Source: Rhodospirillaceae bacterium (lineage in GTDB: Bacteria; Pseudomonadota; Alphaproteobacteria; Rhodospirillales; UBA2165). From it: a DNA stretch of 64,000 nt. A program made the translations under genes and the position numbers. Below the pieces are notes generated by a model. That model saw only the letters and a program-made list of their open reading frames with translations, did no database searches and was not told where the DNA came from. How positions within the stretch are numbered: the stretch's first letter is position 1; each line of letters starts with the position of its first letter. Location: assembly GCA_018674495.1 (NCBI GenBank), contig JABHAA010000121.1:22848-86847 (forward strand), in the 5' to 3' direction. Shown here piece by piece: positions 1 to 11,020 of this stretch.

Positions 1-2
1 GC

Positions 3-731
3 AATAGCTTGCGGCTTCTTTACCCCTATCATATCGCGACCTTCTTTCTCATCTCCTTTCAAAGCACAGGCATCGACAGTTTTGCCAAGCTTAAAGGCAA
101 GACCATTCACAACGGCCCGCCCCGTGGCGGTGCATTGATATCTGCACGCCAGATCATTCAACTCTCCGCCGGATATAAGGAAGGCAGGGATTATACGGGC
201 AAACAGATTGCCTGGGGTCAGGCCAATTCGATCTTTTTGGACCGTTCCGTTGACGCCGCATTGCGTCCCGGGACAAATCCTTCTGCATTTATGCCGGTCT
301 TTATGGCTGCGGGAAAATTGAATTTGATATCTGTTCCGAAGGCCAAATTCGAAGGTAAGGGCTGGACAAAATACAAAAATGCGCCTGGAAATGTTGCCCA
401 GGTATTTCCGGTTAGCGAACTGGCCCATTATGGCCCGAAAGTGCGGGTTATATCCGACGACGCGATGTTCCGGACGATTGCCAACGCGGCCGGCGACATG
501 GTCCACAAAAACATGGACAAGAAATTGGCGAAGGCGCTGACGGCAGCCTTCATTAAAAGCCTTCCCGACCTTTACCGGAAAGTGCCCTTTGCGAGGAATT
601 CACAGTTCGGCAATATATCCGATAAAGGTATGGGGATTTGCAAAGCCGGCATCCAGTTCCATCCGGGCGCCGTTGAAGCTTGGGCGGAGGCCGGTAAGCC
701 CGTGCCAAAGTGCGCCTTGCCGCCGAGCTAG
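3..731 (+). CDS. TAXI-family TRAP transporter solute-binding subunit (5'-truncated by window edge)
   Basis: Frame open from the window start; SFAKLKGKTIHNGPPRG and C-terminal FHPGAVEAW motifs typical of TAXI receptors; directly upstream of a fused TRAP permease. Confidence 0.85.
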   Translation, partial: NSLRLLYPYHIATFFLISFQSTGIDSFAKLKGKTIHNGPPRGGALISARQIIQLSAGYKEGRDYTGKQIAWGQANSIFLDRSVDAALRPGTNPSAFMPVFMAAGKLNLISVPKAKFEGKGWTKYKNAPGNVAQVFPVSELAHYGPKVRVISDDAMFRTIANAAGDMVHKNMDKKLAKALTAAFIKSLPDLYRKVPFARNSQFGNISDKGMGICKAGIQFHPGAVEAWAEAGKPVPKCALPPS

Positions 732-830
732 GCCTTTTCGATAAGCAGACCGATTATCCAAGAGCCGGAGCGCTAATCCCCCGCTTCGGCTCTAAATTCA
801 ACATCACCAGTGATCGTTCGGAAATAGCAT

Positions 831-3182
831 ATGCCGGAATCCGATATCACCAAGCAGCATGATTTGATGCAGCGGCTGGCGCTATTTCTTGCCTTCATCC
901 TGGTTTTGATGGGGATGGCAAACAATCTGCCCAATATCCCCGGCCTTCTGGAATCAGTACAGCTAATCCCGGGTCTGGCGGAATTGCCCCGCCTCAGCAA
1001 ATACAATTCCGAGTTCTTTTTCCCACTGAGCTTCGCGTTCATGATGGTAGTTGCCTTGTTGGGAGCGTCTTTCGCCCGTGGATGGCGGGACCGCTCGCCA
1101 GCGAAACGTCTGTTCGGTCTCGCCCTCGATATCCTGATGCTGGTCATGATATTGGGCCTGGTACTGGTCTATTTGATCGAGCACGAGCAGGTTTGCCTGA
1201 TCGATACTCTCAATGGCGAGCGGGCACGGCTGATGGCGGAGAATGCAGCGCGCGCAAAAGAATATATGGAGGTTTTTGGCACCGAGCCGGACAACGATTT
1301 TCCTGACTGCCAAACCAACTTGGGAAACTGGATACTGCCATTTCTGATTGTGGCTGTCGGTGTATTTTTTATTTACATCATCAAGGCCTGGGGCTTTCCC
1401 ATAGTCGCCGTCGCGATCGTTGTTACCCTCTATACAGTGATTTCCTCAGCGGCCTGGTATTTCGAATGGTCCGACAACCGATATTTAACAACGTCGATCG
1501 GCACGGTTATCGATGGCGTTCGCAACTATTCGGCGGGTGTGGTCGCCGCCCGTAACGCCATTATTTTGGAATCCAATAGCCTGTTTGGACAGTTCCTGAA
1601 TATCACCATGAATGTTGTGTTTCCCTATGTGGTATTGGGCGCGCTTTTCGGCGCTTCCGCCGGCGGGCACTCCCTAATAAAATTGGCGGTGGTTATTACG
1701 CGGAGGCTGCGCGGCGGGCCGGCCCATGCCGCCATTGTCGGCTCGGCCGTATTCGGGACCATATCGGGTGGTCCCGTGGTCAATGTTCTCGGTACCGGCA
1801 CATTGACGATCCCGATGATGATCCGCAATGGTTTCAGGCCAGTATTCGCCGGCGGCGTGGAGGCCGCTGCGTCCAGTGGCGGGCAAATTATGCCACCGGT
1901 TATGGGTATCGCCGCCTTTGTCCTGGCCGCCCTTTCGACGGTGCCCTATTCGGACGTTATTGTTGCCGCCTTCATTCCCGCAGTTGCCTATTTTTTCAGC
2001 CTGTTCCTGATGGTCGTGTTCGAATCCCGGCGCATGAAGATAGAACCTGTCGGCGATATCACCGAGGAGCAGAAGCTTACCAAACGGGACTGGTTGAACT
2101 TGCTCATGATCCTCGGGCCGATCCTGGTCATCCTGGTCTTGCTCTTGAGTACAAAAGATTCGGTCGGCACCGGGCTCCTTGGCTTCCTCGTGGGATATGA
2201 TCCGGCTGCGGGCAAAGAGATGCCTTGGTTTCTAGTGGTCTATCAGAATGCGGCGGGCGATCCGGACTCGGCGGGATTTTGGGCGGTCATGACGCTACTG
2301 GTATTAATGTTCCTGGATCCCGAAATTCGCAAAAAACCACGGAAAATTCTTTCGGCGCTGGCCGACGCGGGCGTTATCATATCAGAGTTATTCCTATTGC
2401 TGGTCGCCGTCGCTCTGATCGATGTCTCCGTCAATTTCACCAATTTTACCGGCATATTGACCATTGATGTCCTAAATTGGCTCAAATCGGTGTCGGCGTT
2501 TTCGCTCTTCGGCGCCGAATTTACCATCGACGGGGCGCTCTACCTGATGCTGGCGCTGGTAGTGACCATGGTCGCAACCATCTTGCTGGGTATGGGCATG
2601 CCGACGTTGCCGGCCTATGTAAACGTGGTATTGATCATCGGTCCGCTGCTTGCCGCCCTTGGGACATCATTCTTTACCGCGCATATGTTCATATTTTACT
2701 TCGCCGTGGCGTCGGCCATAACGCCGCCCGTTGCCATAGCCGCGTTTGCGGCCTCAACGATCTCCAAGGCGGAGCCATTATCAACGGGATTTGCGGCGGT
2801 GCGCGCCGGAATTGTTATGTTTACCATCCCCTTCGTTTTCGCCTTCTATCCGGAATTGTTGCTCATCGAACAGGCGCAGCTAGCCCAATCCTTGGAAGGT
2901 GGCGCCAGCGCCGACAAAACTTATTTACCGGGATATGACGGAACCGTCCATTTCGGCACCCTGAGTTGGCTCCTGTTTAAGTTGGTTGTGGTGCTGTATC
3001 TGGTCGCCAGTGCCCTAAGCCGCCAGGACAAAACGGGCCTGTCGCTGGGCGGAATCGTGCTCAGGATGGTATTGGCAGTCTTGATATTGCTGAAGCTTCC
3101 GATTATCGCGAACTCGGCGCTCGCAGTGACCGCGGTGTACCTGATTTACCATCACCTGATCGGCGCCCGGCGCAGCCCCTAA
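831..3182 (+). CDS. TRAP transporter fused permease (4TM/12TM, DctQM)
   Basis: GGPAHAAIVGSAVFGTISG, EAAASSGGQIMPPVMG, LGMGMPT and SAITPPVA motifs; many TM segments. Confidence 0.93.
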   Translation: MPESDITKQHDLMQRLALFLAFILVLMGMANNLPNIPGLLESVQLIPGLAELPRLSKYNSEFFFPLSFAFMMVVALLGASFARGWRDRSPAKRLFGLALDILMLVMILGLVLVYLIEHEQVCLIDTLNGERARLMAENAARAKEYMEVFGTEPDNDFPDCQTNLGNWILPFLIVAVGVFFIYIIKAWGFPIVAVAIVVTLYTVISSAAWYFEWSDNRYLTTSIGTVIDGVRNYSAGVVAARNAIILESNSLFGQFLNITMNVVFPYVVLGALFGASAGGHSLIKLAVVITRRLRGGPAHAAIVGSAVFGTISGGPVVNVLGTGTLTIPMMIRNGFRPVFAGGVEAAASSGGQIMPPVMGIAAFVLAALSTVPYSDVIVAAFIPAVAYFFSLFLMVVFESRRMKIEPVGDITEEQKLTKRDWLNLLMILGPILVILVLLLSTKDSVGTGLLGFLVGYDPAAGKEMPWFLVVYQNAAGDPDSAGFWAVMTLLVLMFLDPEIRKKPRKILSALADAGVIISELFLLLVAVALIDVSVNFTNFTGILTIDVLNWLKSVSAFSLFGAEFTIDGALYLMLALVVTMVATILLGMGMPTLPAYVNVVLIIGPLLAALGTSFFTAHMFIFYFAVASAITPPVAIAAFAASTISKAEPLSTGFAAVRAGIVMFTIPFVFAFYPELLLIEQAQLAQSLEGGASADKTYLPGYDGTVHFGTLSWLLFKLVVVLYLVASALSRQDKTGLSLGGIVLRMVLAVLILLKLPIIANSALAVTAVYLIYHHLIGARRSP

Positions 3183-6100
3183 ACCGTCCGCACCTCGACG
3201 ACGCCGGGGATGGCTTTGACCGCCTGTGCCATGGCCGGTGATACAGAATATTTTTCGGGCAGTCGGATTTCAACTTCTTCAGACAGGTTTTCCACCTGCA
3301 GGCGCGAGATCAGAACCACTTCGCCCCGGCCCTTAGGCTCCTGGCCGAGCACTTCCTTGATCGAGGTGAGCGCCTCGGCTCCGTCGATAAATACCTTTAG
3401 CGCCATATCGGTGCGCGCCGTCGCCTGATCCAGATCTTCGATGTTTTGCACCGTGATGCGTACGCTTTCGCCGGTAAATTGAATGGCGCCTTTTATGTAA
3501 ACCGCCTTGCCGCTCTCCAGCAGGTCCCGGTGAGCGGTCAGGGTTTCCGAAAAAACCGTCACCTCATATTCGCCGGAACTGTCCGATAGCTGCACGAAGG
3601 CATATTTGTTGCCTTTTTGCGACACGCGCTCTCGTTTCGATATTACCATGCCCGCGAGGCGGACCGGCCCGTCCTTGCCCGCCGTCATGGCGTCCTGATA
3701 ACTCACCGCCCGCAATCGCTCCAGCGTTGGGCCATAGGAATCAATTGGGTGCGCTGACAGATAAAAGCCGACGGCGCCGAACTCCTCTTTAAGGCGGTCT
3801 GCCTCCAGCCAATCGGGAGTTTCAGGCAAGGGTACGTCGGCGGCGACCGGGTCTTCTTCACCAAAGAGGCCGATCTGATTGCTTTCCCGTTCGGCCCGCG
3901 CCGCGTTGGCGTGGCGGATCAAAAGCTCGGCGCCCTCCATCAGTCGGTGGCGGTTGTTGTCAAGGCGGTCGAAGACCCCAGCCCGAATCAGGTTCTCCAA
4001 CTGGCGCTTGTTGAGCACCTTGGAATTCATGCGCCCGGCGAAATCGTGGATGGAAGTATAGGCGCCGTCGGTTTCGCGCGCCGCAACGACGCTTTCCATG
4101 GCGCCCTCGCCTACATTTTTGAGAGCCGCCAGGGCATAACGGACGGCGCCGATCTCGTCGCCGGTTTCCTCCACCTGAAAGACCGCGCCGGAAACATTGA
4201 TATCGGGCGGCAACAAAGGAACTTCCATATTCTTGAGCTCACCTTTGAAAGTGGCCAGCTTGTCCGTGTTATGGATATCCAGCGTCATCGAGGCGGCCAT
4301 GAACTCGACCGGAAAATTGGCTTTCAAATAGGCCGTCTGATAGGCCACCAGCGCATAGGCGGCGGCGTGGGATTTGTTGAAGCCGTAGCCGGCGAACTTG
4401 GCCATCTGATCGAAAATTTCCGACGCCTTGGCTTCCGGCACGCCCCTGGCCATGGCGCCGTCGGTGAATTGCTTGCGCTGGTCGTCCATTTCTTTTTGGT
4501 CTTTTTTGCCCATGGCGCGCCGCAAAATATCGGCGCCGCCGAGAGAATAGCCGGCCAGTTCCTGGGCGATCTGCATGACCTGTTCCTGATAGATCATGAT
4601 GCCGTAGGTCTCTTTCAAGATCGCTTCCAGCGATGGATAAAGGTAATCGGGCTCTTCGCGGCCATGCTTGCGCGCCACATAGCTGGGAATATTGTCCATG
4701 GGCCCTGGCCGGTAGAGGGACACAATGGCGATAATCTCTTCGAAACTGTCCGGCTTCATATTGCGCAAAATGTCGCGCATGCCGGAACTTTCCAATTGGA
4801 ACACGCCGGTGGTTGCGCCCCGGCCTAGCATCGCGAAGGTCTTGGCATCATCGAAGGGCAAATCCAAAAGATCGATTTCGTGGCCGCGGGCTTTCATCAA
4901 TTCCAACGCGGTCGACAGCACCGTCAGAGTCTTGAGGCCGAGGAAATCGAACTTGACCAGACCCGCAGCCTCCACCGGCTTCCAGGAATACTGGGTTACC
5001 GGAATGTCGGAACGGGGATCGCGGTATAGCGGGATCAATTCGGTCAATGGCCGGTCGCCGATGACCACGCCGGCGGCGTGGGTTGAGGCGTGCCGGTATA
5101 GCCCTTCCAGCTTTTTGGCGATCTCCACCAGCCGCGCCACGGTCGGATCGGTCTTGATTTCCTCCTGCAATTGCGGCTCGCCGTCGATGGCTTGGCTCAA
5201 CGTGACCGGTGCGGCCGGATTGTTGGGCACCAATTTGCATATCCGGTCCACATGCGGATAGGGCATTTGCAATACGCGGCCCACATCGCGAAGCGCGGCG
5301 CGCGGCTGCAAAGTTCCGAAGGTGATAATCTGGGCCACCCGATCAGCGCCGTATTTTTCTTGCACGTAACGGATCACTTCGTCGCGCCGGTCCTGACAGA
5401 AATCGATGTCAAAGTCAGGCATGGACACCCGCTCGGGGTTCAAGAAGCGCTCGAACAACAGCCCGAAGCGCAAGGGATCAAGATCGGTGATGGTCAAAGC
5501 CCAAGCGGCGACCGAGCCGGCGCCCGAGCCCCTGCCCGGCCCGACCGGAATGCCCTGGCTCTTGGTCCATTGGATAAAGTCGGCGACGATGAGAAAATAG
5601 CCCACATAATCCATCTGCTCGATGATACCAAGCTCGTAAGCCAAGCGCTCCCGATAGGGTTTGGCGGCAGCTTCTTTTTCTTCCTCGCTCATGGTATCGA
5701 TATAGATCTGAGCCTGCATCCGGGCTTCCAGCCCTTGGCTGGCCAGCGTCTCGAAAATCTCGAAATCGCTGCGCCCGTCGCCGGAACTTGGCGGGCGCGG
5801 CAATAATGGCGGGCGCCCCTCGGCCATGACGCCGCAGCGCTGGGCGATGACCAGGGTATTATCGATGGCTTCGGGCAGGTCGGCGAACAGGGCGCGCATT
5901 TCCTGGGGCGACTTGAAGCGATGCTCTGGCGTCAATTTGCGCCGCCCGGTCTGGCTCACATAGGCACCGTCGGCGATGCAGATAAGGGCGTCGTGCGCCT
6001 CGTACATATCGTCGAAAATAAAGAAACATTCGTTGGTGGCCACCAGCGGGATACCCCGCGCGTACGCCAGGTCCAGAAAGGCCGCTTCGATGGCCCGCTC

Positions 6101-6679
6101 CTCAGCCAAATTGTGGCGCATGATCTCCATGTATAATCGGTCGCCAAAAGCCGCGTGCAGCCGGCCCAAAAGCGCCTCAGCCGCCGGTGTTTGGCCGCCG
6201 CCCAGGAGCCGCCCAAGCCCGCCCGCCGGCCCGCCGGTCAGCGCGATCAGCCAACCCGCATGCGCCTCGACATCTTCGAGGGATAAGCGCGGCTCCCCCT
6301 CCCCATCCGGGTCCAGGTGGGACTTACTTATTAATTTCAACAGGTTGCCATAGCCAGCATCATTTTGCGCTAGGAGCACGAGCTGGTCGGGAGCTTCCGT
6401 GGCGGTGCTGCCGGGTGGCCGTTGGGCAGCGTTGTCTTCATCGCCGTCGCCCCGGTATGGGGTCAGCGCTAGCTGGCATCCGATGATCGGCTGTACGCCC
6501 CCGGCTGCGCATTTGCCGGAAAATTCCATGGCGCCAAACAGATTGACCGTGTCGGTCATGGCCACCGCCGGCATATGCATGCCCTGGCATTGCTTGACCA
6601 GATCGGGAACCTTTATGGCACCTTCCAAAAGTGAATAGGCGGTGTGGACGCGAAGATGAACAAAATCGGCTATGGGCAT
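3179..6679 (-). CDS. dnaE: DNA polymerase III alpha subunit
   Basis: FVHLRVHTAYSLLEG PHP start, GPGRGSGAGS, PDFDIDF, KFDFLGL, YGFNKSHAAAY; 1166 aa. Confidence 0.99.
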   Translation of the reverse strand: MPIADFVHLRVHTAYSLLEGAIKVPDLVKQCQGMHMPAVAMTDTVNLFGAMEFSGKCAAGGVQPIIGCQLALTPYRGDGDEDNAAQRPPGSTATEAPDQLVLLAQNDAGYGNLLKLISKSHLDPDGEGEPRLSLEDVEAHAGWLIALTGGPAGGLGRLLGGGQTPAAEALLGRLHAAFGDRLYMEIMRHNLAEERAIEAAFLDLAYARGIPLVATNECFFIFDDMYEAHDALICIADGAYVSQTGRRKLTPEHRFKSPQEMRALFADLPEAIDNTLVIAQRCGVMAEGRPPLLPRPPSSGDGRSDFEIFETLASQGLEARMQAQIYIDTMSEEEKEAAAKPYRERLAYELGIIEQMDYVGYFLIVADFIQWTKSQGIPVGPGRGSGAGSVAAWALTITDLDPLRFGLLFERFLNPERVSMPDFDIDFCQDRRDEVIRYVQEKYGADRVAQIITFGTLQPRAALRDVGRVLQMPYPHVDRICKLVPNNPAAPVTLSQAIDGEPQLQEEIKTDPTVARLVEIAKKLEGLYRHASTHAAGVVIGDRPLTELIPLYRDPRSDIPVTQYSWKPVEAAGLVKFDFLGLKTLTVLSTALELMKARGHEIDLLDLPFDDAKTFAMLGRGATTGVFQLESSGMRDILRNMKPDSFEEIIAIVSLYRPGPMDNIPSYVARKHGREEPDYLYPSLEAILKETYGIMIYQEQVMQIAQELAGYSLGGADILRRAMGKKDQKEMDDQRKQFTDGAMARGVPEAKASEIFDQMAKFAGYGFNKSHAAAYALVAYQTAYLKANFPVEFMAASMTLDIHNTDKLATFKGELKNMEVPLLPPDINVSGAVFQVEETGDEIGAVRYALAALKNVGEGAMESVVAARETDGAYTSIHDFAGRMNSKVLNKRQLENLIRAGVFDRLDNNRHRLMEGAELLIRHANAARAERESNQIGLFGEEDPVAADVPLPETPDWLEADRLKEEFGAVGFYLSAHPIDSYGPTLERLRAVSYQDAMTAGKDGPVRLAGMVISKRERVSQKGNKYAFVQLSDSSGEYEVTVFSETLTAHRDLLESGKAVYIKGAIQFTGESVRITVQNIEDLDQATARTDMALKVFIDGAEALTSIKEVLGQEPKGRGEVVLISRLQVENLSEEVEIRLPEKYSVSPAMAQAVKAIPGVVEVRTV

Positions 6680-6717
6680 CCCGGAAGGATTTCAGATTCG
6701 CATTCCCCTGTCACCGA

Positions 6718-6753
6718 CTTATCCCCAAAATTTTGAATAAAACGGGGGATAAG
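6718..6753. promoter_or_regulatory. Inverted repeat made of DnaA-box-like half sites (also possible terminator hairpin) upstream of dnaE
   Basis: CTTATCCCC(6718-6726) ... GGGGATAAG(6745-6753); TTATCCCCA differs from TTATCCACA at one position. Confidence 0.45.
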
Positions 6754-6762
6754 CTGTGAGCC

Positions 6763-7635
6763 CTACTCCCCTTCGTAGTGAAAGCGGTAGGCGTCGCCGT
6801 CGCGCATGATGGTGCCGAAGGTGGGCGGTGGAAAATGCGCTGGCACGACGATCAAATCGGTCTCGGCGGCACGCTCGCAAAAATCCCGGCGCGTCTTGAT
6901 CGCCATTGGCTTATCGTCGCAGAAGCCGGAGCACCAATCGGGATAGGTGAGCTGCAAGGGATGGTGCGTCATATCGCCAATGAAGATAGCGTGCTCGCCG
7001 CCATCTTCGACATTGATACCTACATGGCCGGGCGAGTGACCGATCATTGGCTCAAGCCAAAGGCCATCCTCGACTTCATGGTCCATGGGAACCAGTTGCG
7101 ACTGGCCAGCGGCGACGATGGGCAACACACTGTCGACCAGATGCACCAGAGGCTGCTCGGCGGCATTGTTGACGGCTTCCCAATGGGTGAATTCAGGCTC
7201 GGCAAACAGATATTTGGCGTTGGGGAATGTGGGCACCCACTGGCCGTTCTCCAACTTGGTGTTCCAGCCCACATGATCCGGGTGCAGATGTGAGCACAGC
7301 ACGATATCGATATCTTCAGGGGTCGCGCCGGCGGCAGCCAAGCGTTCCAGCCAGCGCGTATTCAACTGATTGGCCATGGGATTGGGGCGATCCTTGTGGT
7401 TGCCGAAGCAGCCATCGATCAAAATCGTGTGGTGCGGGGTTTTCAACAGGAAGCTTTGTATCGGCGCCACAAACAAATCAGTTTCAGGGTCATAATGGCG
7501 GGGAATCAGCCAGGACGCATGTTCCTTCAATATCTCCGGCGTGCAGTCGGGCAACAGGCGCCAAGGCTCAAACCTGGGACCCTCCAGTTCGATGATCATG
7601 TCGATGCCGTATTTGCCGATGTTTCGTGTTGGCAT
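6763..7635 (-). CDS. MBL-fold metallo-hydrolase (AHL-lactonase/YtnP-like)
   Basis: SHLHPDHVG, GHSPGH, GD and PAHFP metal-binding motifs. Confidence 0.9.
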   Translation of the reverse strand: MPTRNIGKYGIDMIIELEGPRFEPWRLLPDCTPEILKEHASWLIPRHYDPETDLFVAPIQSFLLKTPHHTILIDGCFGNHKDRPNPMANQLNTRWLERLAAAGATPEDIDIVLCSHLHPDHVGWNTKLENGQWVPTFPNAKYLFAEPEFTHWEAVNNAAEQPLVHLVDSVLPIVAAGQSQLVPMDHEVEDGLWLEPMIGHSPGHVGINVEDGGEHAIFIGDMTHHPLQLTYPDWCSGFCDDKPMAIKTRRDFCERAAETDLIVVPAHFPPPTFGTIMRDGDAYRFHYEGE

Positions 7636-7667
7636 GAGACTCTCCCTTGTTGAATAATTGCCGTGGA

Positions 7668-8366
7668 CTACCTCTCTAGCAGGACGCCGTCTTCGAGGCG
7701 CAGCACCCTGTCCATGCGCGCCGCCAATACCGGGTTGTGGGTGGCGATCAGGGCGGCGAGACCGGCGCCGCGCGCTTGGCTCATCAAAAGCTGAAACACC
7801 TCGTCGGCGGTGCCGGGATCGAGATTGCCGGTAGGCTCGTCGGCGAGCAAGATTTTGGGTGCGTTAGCCAGCGCCCGGGCGATGGCGATACGTTGCTGCT
7901 CGCCCCCCGATAGGCGCGCCGGGCGGTGGCTGGCGCGGGCTTCAAGGCCCATAGCGGAGATCAACTCAGACGCCCGGATGCGCGCGTGGCTTTTGGATAT
8001 GCCGGCGATCAACTGCGGGATGACGATATTTTCCAAGGCCGTAAACTCGGCCAGCAAATGATGATACTGATAGACAAAGCCCAGATCACTGCGCCGCACC
8101 AGGGTGCGCTCTGCTTCGGATAATGAGCCCGCCGGACGACCGCCAATTTCGATATCGCCTGCTTCGGCTTGTTCCAGCAGTCCGGCGATTTGCAACAGCG
8201 TGGATTTGCCGGACCCGGACGGCCCCACCAGGGCGACAATCTCTCCTTCCTTCAATTCCATATCGACGCCGCGCAGCACTTTCAGGTCGGTCTCGCCCTG
8301 GTGAAAGGTCTGCGCAATACCGGTGAGTTTGAGGAGGCTATCGGGCATGGGTTTTCGCCGCGTCAC
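7668..8366 (-). CDS. lolD: Lipoprotein-releasing ABC transporter ATP-binding protein (start GTG 8366 or ATG 8348)
   Basis: [35 protein letters not shown]; follows lolC/E. Confidence 0.95.
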   Translation of the reverse strand: MTRRKPMPDSLLKLTGIAQTFHQGETDLKVLRGVDMELKEGEIVALVGPSGSGKSTLLQIAGLLEQAEAGDIEIGGRPAGSLSEAERTLVRRSDLGFVYQYHHLLAEFTALENIVIPQLIAGISKSHARIRASELISAMGLEARASHRPARLSGGEQQRIAIARALANAPKILLADEPTGNLDPGTADEVFQLLMSQARGAGLAALIATHNPVLAARMDRVLRLEDGVLLER

Positions 8367-9607
8367 TCGTAGCGGAGCGCTTCAACCGGATCCAGACGCG
8401 CCGCGCGCCAGGACGGATAGAGGGTCGCCAGGATCGATAGGGTCAATCCCATCAACACAATCGCGGTCACCTCGCCGGCATCGACGATGGCCGGCAGGCG
8501 GGACAGGAAATATATCTCCGATGCGAACAGCTCGGTTCCGGTGAGGCCCTGCAGCCATTGGCGTATGGTTTCGATATTCTCGGCGAAGCTCAATCCTAAG
8601 ATAAAGCCGAACAAGGTTCCGATCACACCAACGCTGGCGCCCGATATAAAGAAGACGCGCATGATCATGCCCCGGGTCGCCCCCATGGTGCGCAGAATGG
8701 CAATGTCCCTGCCCTTGTCCTTGACCAGCATGATCAGGCTGGAAATGATGTTGAAAGCGGCGACCACGATGATCAGGGTCAAGATCAGGAACATGACGTT
8801 GCGTTCCACCTGAATGGCGTTGAAGAAGCTGGAGTTTCGCCGTTGCCAGTCGACCGTCTTGCCCTTGCGGTCCAAAACCCGCCAGATGGTTCGGGCCATG
8901 GCCGGCGCGGCGTCCGGATTGCCCAGCACAACGTCCAGGTAATTGACCGCTTTGGGCAGCTTAAAATAGATCTGAGCCGCCTCCAAAGGCATGAAGATGA
9001 AGCTGGAATCATATTCATGCATGCCAACATTGAAAAGGGCAGAGACCGTATAGGCGCGCATGCGGGGCACCGTGCCGAAGGCGGTGATATTGCCTTTCGG
9101 CGAGATCAACGTGATTTTGCTGCCCACTTGAAGCCCCAGATTGCGGGCCAGTCTTGTGCCGATCAGCACGCTGTCCTGGCCGCCGAATTTCTGCAAACTG
9201 CCGGCGACGATATTGTCGGCGATGATCGGGCGGGCGCGGGCATCGGCGGGCCGCATACCGCGCACCAAGGCGCCATTGGCGTTGCCGCCGGCGGACGCCA
9301 TCACCTGACCCTCGATAATCGGCGTAACTTTGCGCACCCCGGCCATCTTGGCGACTTTGTTCGCCGTGGCATCAAAGTCGGTGAGGCTTTGCGAGGCGCC
9401 ATAGACGCTGATATGGCCATTGACGCCAAGGATACGGCCCAGCAATTCCTGGCGGAAACCATTCATCACCGACATGACGATGATCAGCGTGGCGACGCCA
9501 AGACCAATGCCGAGCAGAGAAAACCACGCGATGACGGAGATAAATCCTTCCTGGCGGCGGGCACGCAAATAGCGCATGGCCATCATCCATTCGAAGGAGG
9601 AAAACAT
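8363..9607 (-). CDS. lolE: Lipoprotein-releasing ABC transporter permease LolC/E
   Basis: [24 protein letters not shown]-terminal [17 protein letters not shown]. Confidence 0.93.
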   Translation of the reverse strand: MFSSFEWMMAMRYLRARRQEGFISVIAWFSLLGIGLGVATLIIVMSVMNGFRQELLGRILGVNGHISVYGASQSLTDFDATANKVAKMAGVRKVTPIIEGQVMASAGGNANGALVRGMRPADARARPIIADNIVAGSLQKFGGQDSVLIGTRLARNLGLQVGSKITLISPKGNITAFGTVPRMRAYTVSALFNVGMHEYDSSFIFMPLEAAQIYFKLPKAVNYLDVVLGNPDAAPAMARTIWRVLDRKGKTVDWQRRNSSFFNAIQVERNVMFLILTLIIVVAAFNIISSLIMLVKDKGRDIAILRTMGATRGMIMRVFFISGASVGVIGTLFGFILGLSFAENIETIRQWLQGLTGTELFASEIYFLSRLPAIVDAGEVTAIVLMGLTLSILATLYPSWRAARLDPVEALRYE

Positions 9608-9611
9608 AACC

Positions 9612-10934
9612 CTAGCCCACCGAACCGGTAAGCTTGTTCAAGGCGGCATCGATGCTCATTTCCTCGCGCTCGCCGCTTGCCCGGGACTTCAATTCAACAA
9701 CACCGTTCTCCAGCCCGCGCGGCCCGACAATTATCTGCCAGGGCAAACCGATCAAATCCATGTCTGCGAATTTGACGCCGCCGCGCTGGTCGCGATCATC
9801 AATAAGCGCATCCTTACCCGCATTGCCGAGTTTCAGATAAATTTCTTCCGAGGCCGCATCACATTTCTCGTCGCCGCTGCGCAAATTGATGATGCCCGCA
9901 TCGAACGGCGCTACGGCTTCGGGCCAGATAATGCCGTCGTCGTCATGGGAGGCCTCTATAATGCCGCCGACAAGACGCGAGACGCCAATGCCATAAGAGC
10001 CCATTTCGATGGCCACCTTGTCGCCCTTTTCATTATTGACGTAGGCGTTCATGGCGACGGAGTACTTGGTGCCGAAATAAAAGATGTGGCCCACTTCAAT
10101 ACCGCGGGCGACGGTCAGATCATCGCCCAATCCCGCCTCAATCGCCGGATCCCTCTTTTCATCGGTGGCAGCATAGTAGCTGGTCAGGCTATCAACGGTG
10201 GACTGCATGTCTCCCTTTGGATCGAGACCCATCAAATCTATATCCAGATCGAGCAGATTTATGTGGCAGGCCACTTCGCTTTCGCCGGTCTCGGCCAGGA
10301 TCATAAACTCGTGGCTCATATCGCCACCGATGGGGCCAGGGTCGGCGGCCATAGGGATCGCCTTCAGGCCAAGCCGCTGGAAGGTGCGCAAATAGGCAAC
10401 GAACATGCGGTTGTAGGCGCGCCGGGCGCCGTCGTAATCCAGATCGAACGAATAACAATCCTTCATCAGGAATTCCCGCCCGCGCATGATGCCGAAACGC
10501 GGGCGCACCTCGTCGCGGAACTTCCATTGAATATGATACAGCATTTTCGGCAAATCCCGGTAGCTGCGTACCGAATCCCGGAAAATCTCGGTGATCAATT
10601 CTTCGTTGGTGGGACCGTAGAGCATATCGCGGTCGTGGCGGTCGGTGATGCGCAGCATCTCCTTGCCGTAATCATCGTAGCGCCCGCTTTCTCGCCAAAT
10701 CTCGGCGGGCTGGATTGTTGGCATCAGCAATTCCTGGGCGCCGGCGCGGTCCTGTTCCTCGCGCACGATCTGTTCGATCTTTTTGAGCACCCGGTGGCCC
10801 AAGGGCAGCCAGGAATAGATGCCGGCGCTGGATTGGCGGATCATGCCGGCGCGCAGCATAAAGCGGTGCGATACGATTTGCGCCTCGTTCGGATTTTCCT
10901 TGAGGGTCGGCATAAAAAATTCGGTGAGGCGCAT
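9612..10934 (-). CDS. proS: Proline--tRNA ligase (short alphaproteobacterial form)
   Basis: [45 protein letters not shown]; ATG at 10934. Confidence 0.98.
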   Translation of the reverse strand: MRLTEFFMPTLKENPNEAQIVSHRFMLRAGMIRQSSAGIYSWLPLGHRVLKKIEQIVREEQDRAGAQELLMPTIQPAEIWRESGRYDDYGKEMLRITDRHDRDMLYGPTNEELITEIFRDSVRSYRDLPKMLYHIQWKFRDEVRPRFGIMRGREFLMKDCYSFDLDYDGARRAYNRMFVAYLRTFQRLGLKAIPMAADPGPIGGDMSHEFMILAETGESEVACHINLLDLDIDLMGLDPKGDMQSTVDSLTSYYAATDEKRDPAIEAGLGDDLTVARGIEVGHIFYFGTKYSVAMNAYVNNEKGDKVAIEMGSYGIGVSRLVGGIIEASHDDDGIIWPEAVAPFDAGIINLRSGDEKCDAASEEIYLKLGNAGKDALIDDRDQRGGVKFADMDLIGLPWQIIVGPRGLENGVVELKSRASGEREEMSIDAALNKLTGSVG

Positions 10935-11020
10935 CGGCGGGCATTCCTTTGGGTACAAGCGTCGCGCGACTGTAGGAAAAGCTTAGCGGCTTGTCCATCA
11001 CACCCTTGGGGTGGGAGCTT

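Noticed and set aside
3179-6679. Possible intein or degenerate PHP site in DnaE
   Set aside because: Normal length with no intein motifs; altered PHP ligands are common in proteobacterial DnaE
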